From: Bacilli bacterium
GTDB lineage: Bacteria; Bacillota_I; Bacilli_A; RF39; UBA660
NCBI GenBank assembly: GCA_017544165.1
Contig: JAFYER010000012.1
Span: 719 to 64,718, forward strand
DNA length: 64,000 nt
Direction: 5' to 3'
Shown: positions 56,660 to 64,000 of the stretch, piece after piece
How positions within the stretch are numbered: position 1 is the first letter of the stretch
Layout: the number at the start of each line of letters is the position of its first letter
Translations under genes and position numbers: made by a program
The notes under the pieces: model-generated
The model's database searches: none
The model's input: the letters and a program-made list of their open reading frames with translations, nothing else
Told to the model about the DNA's origin: nothing

Positions 56660-58393
56660 TTATGCTATTGTATATGGATTATTCCAAGTTCCATTTCCAC
56701 CGGTTAACTGCGTATCAGTTTTCAAATACAAAGTTGGACGAACTGCATGAGTGCTCTTAGCAGAATCGAAGTATATATAACCACCCGTTTTAACATACAT
56801 ATGAAAGTCATTATTCGTACTTACATCCATTGTCCATTGCTCTGTTCTACTTGATGGTGCTGTCGATGTTATATTTAAATATAATAAATAGTTATTAATT
56901 GCACATTCAGAATAATAGCTGCTGCCATATATTGTATAGTCAATACACGTATTTCTATCATATGTATTTCCACCATTAGTTGCATAACCATAATCACTTA
57001 CATATAAAAGGGCAACCTTTCCATACCAATAAGCCGGGAATTTTTCTGGTAATGATTCATCAATAAATACCGCTCCTAAGTTATTGATATTTCTTTCTAC
57101 GTCATAATAACCTTGTGTACTAGTACTATACCCACCCGTTCCATATAAATCCCATCTTACAGTTGCAATTTGATTTAATGCACTACTTGTTATTTTTTTG
57201 GGTAATGTTCCACTTACAGCGGTATAGCGACTTGATGTTGCTTCACTTGGTATATATACAGTAGTTCCACTTCCATCTAGATAGCTATATGTTGCATTAT
57301 AATAGTTGTGTCCATTTCCAGCTACTATATTATTTGTGATCGTATAATTTGTATGTAATTTATTTCCATCGACATCATATCCGTTTTTTAAATAATTTGT
57401 TCCATTAAGCATCAGCATTAACTGGCTATCACTCCAGTCTTCGGAACCTCCAGTACTCATTGAAGATCCTACGTGGTGGTATTTACCATCGATCATAAAA
57501 TTGCCTAAAGAATCATTTCGTACAATTTTAACTAAACCACCTGTTGACTTCGTGTCACATTCTGTTGTTTGACCATATGTTCCTGTACAATATTCCATAT
57601 TAGTCATTACTCCGATTATTCGCCATAATTCACCATTAAAAGAAATATAATTATTAGGATTTTTTCCTGCATAACGCCATTCACCTCCATGATCAGATGT
57701 TAATATCCACGGACTATTTGATACAGCATCTGTCCCACTTTTTGGAGCAAGATAAGAAATATAATCAGCTAAGGTATATGTAGTTTCGCTACCACAATTA
57801 ACATGAGCTATTGTTAAATAACCCCTATAGTTTTTTCCCTTATGTGTTTGTTGATTTATCTCTGATAAGTTGTACATTTGCACAGTAAATGGATCGGTTT
57901 GTATAGACGTACTGTTAGCATTTGCCATTATATACCCGCTTCCTATTACAAAAGACGATGCATTATAATTTGGAACTTGGACTTCTCCAGTGTTTAAAGC
58001 ACTAACTGTATATTCTTTTGTGGCACCTGAAGATATAGTATAATTATCAAAATTATTATCCCATACCCATATATAATCATAAGTACACTTTGCTATTTCA
58101 TTTGAATTATTAGTAAATGATATATCAAGAGCATTAGAATAACTTCCAGCTACTGTATTATTGCCATTATAATACACATCTTCAAAAGAAATGGACATTG
58201 TACCACCGGTATTTGATGTATTATTAAGAGTTACAGTAAAATTATAATTAGTTTCATTAAATGTAATATTATATAAAATATTATTAGAGGCACTAGCACT
58301 TGACGTAAAAAACGCATATGTTATCCCAATTATTATCCCTAAAAGAACAACAATTCCCATAATAGCTAACACAAGTTTACGATTGTTACTCAT
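56660..58393 (-). CDS. secreted protein with a SipW-type signal peptide, paralog 2
   Basis: The N-terminus is MSNNRKLVLAIMGIVVLLGIIIGITYAFFTSS. It has the blocks GKNPNNYISF, WRIIGV, LLYVSDYGYA, AVRPTLYLK and the terminal GGNGTWNNPYTIA. Confidence 0.6.
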   Translation of the reverse strand: MSNNRKLVLAIMGIVVLLGIIIGITYAFFTSSASASNNILYNITFNETNYNFTVTLNNTSNTGGTMSISFEDVYYNGNNTVAGSYSNALDISFTNNSNEIAKCTYDYIWVWDNNFDNYTISSGATKEYTVSALNTGEVQVPNYNASSFVIGSGYIMANANSTSIQTDPFTVQMYNLSEINQQTHKGKNYRGYLTIAHVNCGSETTYTLADYISYLAPKSGTDAVSNSPWILTSDHGGEWRYAGKNPNNYISFNGELWRIIGVMTNMEYCTGTYGQTTECDTKSTGGLVKIVRNDSLGNFMIDGKYHHVGSSMSTGGSEDWSDSQLMLMLNGTNYLKNGYDVDGNKLHTNYTITNNIVAGNGHNYYNATYSYLDGSGTTVYIPSEATSSRYTAVSGTLPKKITSSALNQIATVRWDLYGTGGYSTSTQGYYDVERNINNLGAVFIDESLPEKFPAYWYGKVALLYVSDYGYATNGGNTYDRNTCIDYTIYGSSYYSECAINNYLLYLNITSTAPSSRTEQWTMDVSTNNDFHMYVKTGGYIYFDSAKSTHAVRPTLYLKTDTQLTGGNGTWNNPYTIA

Positions 58394-58459
58394 TTAATTC
58401 ACCACCATATTTTTCTAATATCATTATAGCCTAAAAACAAAAGTATTACAACAAAAAAA

Positions 58460-59017
58460 CTAGTAACCTAGTTTTTTATAATAATCATAAAGTTCCTTAA
58501 AACGGTTAAAATGAATAACTTCCCGTTGTCTTAAAAATAAAAGTGGTCCTATTATATCTTCATCATCAGTTTGATTAATAAGTGCTTCATAAGTAGCTCT
58601 TGCTTTTTGCTCTGCGGCCATATCTTCCGATAAATTAGCTATTACATCCCCTGTTACCGCAAAATAGGCAGATGTAAAGGGATTACCCGTACTATCTTGT
58701 GGAAATAACCCTACTCCATGCTGAGTATAATAACATCCAAGACCGGCTTTTTCAAGTTCTTCGATTGACGCATCTTTAGTAAGCATATGAACCATTGTGC
58801 AAATCATTTCCACATGTGCAAGTTCTTCGGTAGCAATATCATTTAAAAGTGCTTTTCCTTTATCATCTGGCATGGTAAATTTTTGGGAAAAGTATCTAAA
58901 AGATGCTGCAAGTTCTCCATTAGCTCCGCCAAACTGTTCAATTAGATATTTTGCCATTTTAAGATTTTTCTTTTTTATACAAATTGGATACTCTAATTTT
59001 TTATCGTATTTAAACAT
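58460..59017 (-). CDS. cotJC: spore coat protein CotJC (manganese-catalase family)
   Basis: MFKYDKKLEYPI...GGANGELAASFRYFSQ...EELAHVEM. The start was set at MFKYDKK. Confidence 0.85.
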   Translation of the reverse strand: MFKYDKKLEYPICIKKKNLKMAKYLIEQFGGANGELAASFRYFSQKFTMPDDKGKALLNDIATEELAHVEMICTMVHMLTKDASIEELEKAGLGCYYTQHGVGLFPQDSTGNPFTSAYFAVTGDVIANLSEDMAAEQKARATYEALINQTDDEDIIGPLLFLRQREVIHFNRFKELYDYYKKLGY

Positions 59018-59459
59018 ACATACCACCATCCTTTTCCCAAGGCCAAGGTGATTCTATCCATTTATAGTCTTGATAATCTCCATTTGTGTTACAAAGTGGT
59101 CCATACATTTTTTCATATTTATTTTTAAGCATTTCTAACTTTTTAGTTTCCTCTTTATATTTATTTAAAATATCTTGGTCTTCGGGATTAACATCTAAAT
59201 ATAGTACATAATCAGTAACTGCAAAAGATGATTCCATTATTTTAGCAAGCATCATTTCTCTTTCATCCTTTAATGCTGGTTTAATATATTTCATATTTTT
59301 GAAAGGCTCAAACTCATTATCAAACATATTACCCCTTAAAAACTTTGGTGATAATTCATTTACATTATTATTTTGATAATTATAAGCATAATTATAATTA
59401 TTAGGTATACCAAATAAATTATTCACGTCACTAAAATCATTTATATTTTCAAAAAACAT
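59010..59459 (-). CDS. cotJB: spore coat protein CotJB with an N-terminal extension
   Basis: FAVTDYVLYLDVNPEDQDILNKYKE...YEKMYGPL matches the CotJB pattern. The gene overlaps the cotJC start. Confidence 0.7.
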   Translation of the reverse strand: MFFENINDFSDVNNLFGIPNNYNYAYNYQNNNVNELSPKFLRGNMFDNEFEPFKNMKYIKPALKDEREMMLAKIMESSFAVTDYVLYLDVNPEDQDILNKYKEETKKLEMLKNKYEKMYGPLCNTNGDYQDYKWIESPWPWEKDGGMYV

Positions 59460-59554
59460 ACTATTTCCTCCATAAATATAGTATGTTAGTCCTAGGTAAT
59501 GTCCTATGTTTTTGCCTAAAAAAACACGTTAAATAACTAACATGTTTTTTGTTA

Positions 59555-60610
59555 CTAAAATTTACTTAATAAATCGATTAATCTTGTATTTTTATATATA
59601 CTTTCTCTACCTATTTTTTCATATTCAAGTAAACCAACTCCTACTAAAGCATTTAAATATGTAGCAGCTGTTTGTCTTGTGACTCTACATTTTTCCTCTA
59701 CATAACTAATTTTGGTATATACTTCATAGAATAATGTATTTAATAATTCATCAGAATACACTTTTGGTAATTTTTTAGCAAATTCTTCTTTATAAGAATC
59801 CATTTCTTTTTGAATTTGTTTAATCAATTCAATTGTATTTTTAGATGTAACATTCACACCCTTTAAAATATATACAATCCAATTTTCATATTCATCATTT
59901 TCTCTGAATTCAGTAAATAAGCGATAATATTCATCTTTATGTTTGTTAATATAATTACTTAGGTACAAAATTGGACTATCAAGTAATTTACTTAACACTA
60001 AATATAAAACATTCAAAATTCTTCCCGTTCTACCATTTCCATCATAAAATGGATGTATTGTTTCAAATTGATAATGAATAAGTGCCATTTTAATCAATGG
60101 ATCGGTTTCATCATCATAATCATTTATATAATCCTCCAGATTTTTAAGCAAATCCCTTATTTCTCTTTCTGCTTGAGGTGGGGTATAAATAATCTCACCA
60201 GTTTTGCTATTAACTAAATTAGTGCCAGGTGTTTTTCTAATACCAGTTTTATTTGGCTCAATCATTGATTGTAATTCAATTAAAACATTTGTTGATATAA
60301 AACCTTTTTCCTTAATTAGTGAATAACCACGCCAAATAGCACTTCTATAATCGACTACTTCTTTAGCGGCATCTTCTTTAAAACCACTTTCAGTTAAAAC
60401 TTTGTAAATACTATCATGCGATGTCACAATGTTTTCTATTGCACTGCTATCTTTTGCTTCACTAATAGTAATAGCATTAATCAAAATATGCTGATTTGGA
60501 ATTGAGTTAGCAAATCCCTTTAATTCCGCCAAAGATCTTGATGCTTCGTTTAATGCATCAAGAATTTTAGGTGTTTTTAAATTATAATTACTAAAAGGTA
60601 ATAATCTCAT
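59555..60610 (-). CDS. Fic-family protein (AMPylase-type) with Fic_N and a C-terminal wHTH
   Basis: Canonical motif HPFYDGNGRTGR. The N-terminal segment is SSAIENI. Confidence 0.9.
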   Translation of the reverse strand: MRLLPFSNYNLKTPKILDALNEASRSLAELKGFANSIPNQHILINAITISEAKDSSAIENIVTSHDSIYKVLTESGFKEDAAKEVVDYRSAIWRGYSLIKEKGFISTNVLIELQSMIEPNKTGIRKTPGTNLVNSKTGEIIYTPPQAEREIRDLLKNLEDYINDYDDETDPLIKMALIHYQFETIHPFYDGNGRTGRILNVLYLVLSKLLDSPILYLSNYINKHKDEYYRLFTEFRENDEYENWIVYILKGVNVTSKNTIELIKQIQKEMDSYKEEFAKKLPKVYSDELLNTLFYEVYTKISYVEEKCRVTRQTAATYLNALVGVGLLEYEKIGRESIYKNTRLIDLLSKF

Positions 60611-60646
60611 ATAATCATCTCCTTATATGCATATTACCATTTTCTT

Positions 60647-60723
60647 TTAACATAATCAATAAATATGTTAAATTCTTGCGTTTTTTTTAACATATTTTTA
60701 AAACATGTTAAATTATTTAACAC
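60647..60723. promoter_or_regulatory. candidate operator array upstream of fic
   Basis: Inverted repeat 1 is TTAACAT-N11-ATGTTAA (60647..60671). Inverted repeat 2 is TTAACAT-N10-ATGTTAA (60688..60711). An extra half-site TTAACAC lies at 60717..60723. Repeat 1 overlaps the putative TTGATT-17-TAATAT promoter. Confidence 0.4.
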
Positions 60724-60757
60724 TTAAATAAAAAAGACTAGATGTAATCTAATCTTT

Positions 60758-61327
60758 TCATTCATTATTAATATTAAATAGCTTATTAATTTTTTTATAG
60801 GCTTTTTCAAAATCATCCATTGCTATTTCCTGAACATTAATAGTTGGTATATTTTTTAAATCTTTAGCAATGCTTCGATATTCGTTTTGTTGTTTAACAC
60901 TATTTTCTTTGCTAAATGCTTGATAATTATGATGATGATCTCTAGCAAGTCTTTCAATAAATAAATCATCATTTTTAAGATAAAGTGAAATATAATAAAT
61001 ATCAAAATCTAATTTACTAAGTTTTTTTAATAATTTTTCATAAACATCTGAAAAGCTATATTCTTTGAAACCTAATCTAGCATATACTTCTTCGCTAAAA
61101 AAAGTTCGGTCAAAAATCAAATCCATTGGCACATCTTCCATATTTTTTAAATAATCAAGAAGTGCATAATACATTTTTTCACTAGCTTTTTTACCTTTTA
61201 TAGTTTTATCTTTTTGACCAGAAAGACGATAAAGGTTTGAACCTGATATATTTTCTCTCAAATAATTGGCAAGTGTTGTTTTTCCTGTTCCCTGTGGTCC
61301 TTCGACAATAATCATTCTATATTTCAT
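60758..61327 (-). CDS. P-loop nucleotide kinase, thymidylate/dNMP-kinase-like
   Basis: Walker A is VEGPQGTGKTT, and a DRxxxS-type segment LIFDRTFFSEEVY is present. Separated by 2 nt from the end of thyX. Confidence 0.55.
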   Translation of the reverse strand: MKYRMIIVEGPQGTGKTTLANYLRENISGSNLYRLSGQKDKTIKGKKASEKMYYALLDYLKNMEDVPMDLIFDRTFFSEEVYARLGFKEYSFSDVYEKLLKKLSKLDFDIYYISLYLKNDDLFIERLARDHHHNYQAFSKENSVKQQNEYRSIAKDLKNIPTINVQEIAMDDFEKAYKKINKLFNINNE

Positions 61328-61329
61328 AA

Positions 61330-62001
61330 TTAATCCTTCATAACGGCAATTTTTGCATATTTTTCCTTAGGAAAATCTTCATCATATGGAACATCGTCAA
61401 ATATTTCCGGCATTTCTTTTTTTAGATGCAGCAAAAATGGTATTAATAGTTGTCTAATCGCCGGATGGGCGTGTTTTGAGCATCTTAAAGTAAATACATG
61501 TTTCCACTCTCTAATATTGCAAGTCATGGTTACAAGCGCCGCAGTTGAATGAGGAAGCATCATCCTAAGTTCATCAGCTGCAGCATTAAGTGCAGCCATC
61601 TGCATATATCCTTTTTCAATATTTTCCATGGTTTCTTTCCATACTTTAAATTTTTCTTTATCATCACTATATATAGGTTCGATAAACTTGATATTGTTGG
61701 TAAATTTATCTTTGGAATAATTACAATATCTTGTTGATTCAATTGAAAAAGATGCGCCAGCCCGGTGTCTAGTTAAATCTTTATAAACACCGATATCACA
61801 TGTAAACCGAACTGTTATTTTTTCATGCTCTAAAACCGATTCATGACCCCTTGTAATACAGTTTTTCAAAAGTTTTTTATAACTATCCTCGGTTATTGTA
61901 TCTTCAGAGCGATAGCAAGTACGACATGCTCTTTCGATATTTTTCATTATTTTAATGCCATTAAATTTTTCATATTCTAATTTTGGTTTTATAATCTCCA
62001 T
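61330..62001 (-). CDS. thyX: FAD-dependent thymidylate synthase
   Basis: ThyX motif RHRAGASFSIESTRY. Confidence 0.9.
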   Translation of the reverse strand: MEIIKPKLEYEKFNGIKIMKNIERACRTCYRSEDTITEDSYKKLLKNCITRGHESVLEHEKITVRFTCDIGVYKDLTRHRAGASFSIESTRYCNYSKDKFTNNIKFIEPIYSDDKEKFKVWKETMENIEKGYMQMAALNAAADELRMMLPHSTAALVTMTCNIREWKHVFTLRCSKHAHPAIRQLLIPFLLHLKKEMPEIFDDVPYDEDFPKEKYAKIAVMKD

Positions 62002-63240
62002 TTATATCTCCCCATACCACAAAGGATATTTGCTAGTTAAATCTAGTACTTCTTTTTTTAAATCATCTAAAATATCTTCATTATCCTTATTTTTTAAAGC
62101 GGTAGCTATTATCTTACCTATTTTAATAAAGTCCACTTCTTTTAAACCCCTTGTTGTCATCGCTGGTGATCCAAGTCTTAACCCACTAGTTACCATTGGA
62201 CTTTCAGTATCGCCTGGAATAGCATTTTTATTAGTAGTAATATGAATTGTATCAAGTAAATTTTGAGCTTCTTTGCCTGTTACGCCACAAGATGATTTAA
62301 CATCAACCAAAATCAAATGATTATCAGTACCCCCTGAAATAATCTTAAAGCCTTCCTCTTTTAAGCTATCGGCAAGAGCGTTAATATTTTTAATAATTTG
62401 CTTACCATATTCTTTAAATTCTGGTTGAAGTGCTTCATAAAAGCACTGTGCTTTAGCGGCTATAACGTGTTCAAGCGGGCCGCCTTGAATACCTGGGAAA
62501 ATGGTTTTATTAATTTTTTTAATGATTTCTTCATCATTAGTAAGAATTAAACCTCCTCTTGGACCGCGAAGGGTTTTATGAGTTGTCGTTGTAACTATAT
62601 GGGCATATGGAATTGGTGATGGATGAAGACCAGTTGCAACAAGACCTGCTATATGAGCCATATCCACCATAAGGTAAGCTCCTACTTTATCAGCTATTTC
62701 TCTAAATCTTTTAAAATCAATAGTTCTTGAATAAGCTGAAGCCCCAGCAATAATCATTTTTGGTTTTTCTTTTAAAGCTAACTTTTCTACATCGTCATAA
62801 TTGATCATTTCTGTTTCTTCATCGATATCATAAGATACTATTTCATAATCAATACCACTGAAACTCATTTTATGACCATGGGTAAGATGACCACCATTAT
62901 CAAGGTTCATCCCCATAACTTTATCGCCAATATTAAGTAGTGCCCGATAAACAGCCATATTAGCGGATGATCCTGAATGTGGCTGAACATTTGCATACTT
63001 GCAGTCAAATAATTTACATGCATAATTAATGGCCGCACTTTCAACTTCATCAATATTTTCACAACCACCATAATACCTTTTTCCAGGATATCCTTCGGCA
63101 TATTTATTGGTTAAAATACTTCCTTGAAGTAAAAGTACATCGTTTGATACATAGTTTTCTGATGCAATTAATTCAATATTTTCTTCTTGTCTTTGCCGTT
63201 CTTTTTGCAAAGCTTTTTTTAATATAACATCCATTTTCAT
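62002..63240 (-). CDS. glyA: serine hydroxymethyltransferase
   Basis: [18 protein letters not shown]-lysine motif. Length 412 aa. Confidence 0.95.
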   Translation of the reverse strand: MKMDVILKKALQKERQRQEENIELIASENYVSNDVLLLQGSILTNKYAEGYPGKRYYGGCENIDEVESAAINYACKLFDCKYANVQPHSGSSANMAVYRALLNIGDKVMGMNLDNGGHLTHGHKMSFSGIDYEIVSYDIDEETEMINYDDVEKLALKEKPKMIIAGASAYSRTIDFKRFREIADKVGAYLMVDMAHIAGLVATGLHPSPIPYAHIVTTTTHKTLRGPRGGLILTNDEEIIKKINKTIFPGIQGGPLEHVIAAKAQCFYEALQPEFKEYGKQIIKNINALADSLKEEGFKIISGGTDNHLILVDVKSSCGVTGKEAQNLLDTIHITTNKNAIPGDTESPMVTSGLRLGSPAMTTRGLKEVDFIKIGKIIATALKNKDNEDILDDLKKEVLDLTSKYPLWYGEI

Positions 63241-64000
63241 TACCTCCCTTTAGATGCTTCTAAAACATTTTCTAAAATCATTGCTATTGTCATAGGCCCA
63301 ACTCCCCCTGGATTTGGCGTAATATAAGCACACTTATCTTTTAAATTATCAAAATCAGCATCGCCAACTATTTTGCCATCTACTACACTTATTCCAGCAT
63401 CAACAACGATTGCCCCTGTTTTTACCATATCGGCGGTAAGTATTTTAGCCTTACCGCACCCGCAGACGATAATATCACTATTTAAAGTAATGCTCTTTAA
63501 ATCTTTGGTTTTAGTATGGCAAACTGTCACTGTGGCATTTTCCTTGAGCATTTCAAAAATAAGGGGTTTACCAACTAAGTTTCCCCGGCCAATTAAACAG
63601 ACCTTTTTGCCCTCTAAAGCGATGTTGTAATATTTTAAAAGTCTAATTATTCCTTTGGCAGTACAAGGCCTAAGCCCTGATAAATTATGTCCTAAGCTAT
63701 AAAAACTATCCTTTGTAAAGCCATCAACATCTTTTTTAGGATCAATATGTTTAATACAATTTTCAATATTAATATTATCAGGTACAGGACTTTGTAAAAT
63801 AATGCCTGTTATACTTTCATCATTATTTAACATTTCGATAATACTAATTACTTCTTCCTCGGTCGATGATAAAAGCTTAATTAATTTAGTTTTTATGCCA
63901 ACTTTTTCACAAGCTTTCATCTTGTTTCTAACATATATTTCACTTTGGGGAAAATCACCAACTAATAAAATAGCAAGTGTTAAATCAAGATTATTACTTG
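63240..64000 (-). CDS. folD: bifunctional methylene-THF dehydrogenase / methenyl-THF cyclohydrolase, N-terminus outside the window
   Basis: [28 protein letters not shown]...PGGVGPMT. The frame stays open upstream of the track's internal Met through position 64000. The stop overlaps the glyA ATG (TAATG). Confidence 0.9.
   Translation of the reverse strand, partial: SNNLDLTLAILLVGDFPQSEIYVRNKMKACEKVGIKTKLIKLLSSTEEEVISIIEMLNNDESITGIILQSPVPDNINIENCIKHIDPKKDVDGFTKDSFYSLGHNLSGLRPCTAKGIIRLLKYYNIALEGKKVCLIGRGNLVGKPLIFEMLKENATVTVCHTKTKDLKSITLNSDIIVCGCGKAKILTADMVKTGAIVVDAGISVVDGKIVGDADFDNLKDKCAYITPNPGGVGPMTIAMILENVLEASKGR

Noticed and set aside
59460-59554. A separate cotJA gene upstream of cotJB.
   Set aside because: The upstream gap is only 95 nt and has no ORF. 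CotJB instead carries a roughly 60-aa N-terminal extension that does not resemble CotJA as I recall it.
1-64000. Alternative genetic code (UGA = Trp, as in Mollicutes), considered because of the very low GC.
   Set aside because: Trp is encoded by TGG throughout. TGA terminates well-defined genes, for example the HAD phosphatase at 1660..1662. Sporulation genes also indicate a walled Firmicute.

Overview
AT-rich (roughly 28-30% GC by eye) chromosomal segment from an endospore-forming Firmicute, judged from spoIVA, spoVIF, cotJB/cotJC and a yjcZ-like gene. TGA acts as a stop codon, so the standard code applies. Most genes are on the minus strand and most are housekeeping: asnS and ileS (each with a T-box leader), ppdK, fmt, rpsD, uvrC, hup, tig, def, deoD and a tightly coupled folD-glyA-thyX-kinase operon. 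There are six tRNA genes. Accessory content includes a sortase B surface-protein locus, a patatin/PlsC/acyl-CoA-ligase lipid cluster, an RnfC/RnfD-like pair, Fic, RhuM, DinD and BRO-type genes, an Rpn-family nuclease, and several unrecognised proteins. The most notable observation is a tRNA-Thr(UGU) gene split after anticodon base 36 by a 630-nt group I intron that carries an HNH endonuclease ORF. The second is three decayed copies of the ppdK 3' end plus its terminator, each trailing a separate gene unit downstream of ppdK, which suggests serial insertions at that site. Two genes are disrupted: an XRE regulator by an in-frame TAG, and a RhuM-Doc fusion by a 1-nt deletion in its catalytic Arg codon. 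No CRISPR array, rRNA or intact transposase or integrase was seen. All calls come from reading the sequence and from remembered family motifs; no database search was run. RNA feature boundaries are accurate to within a few nt.
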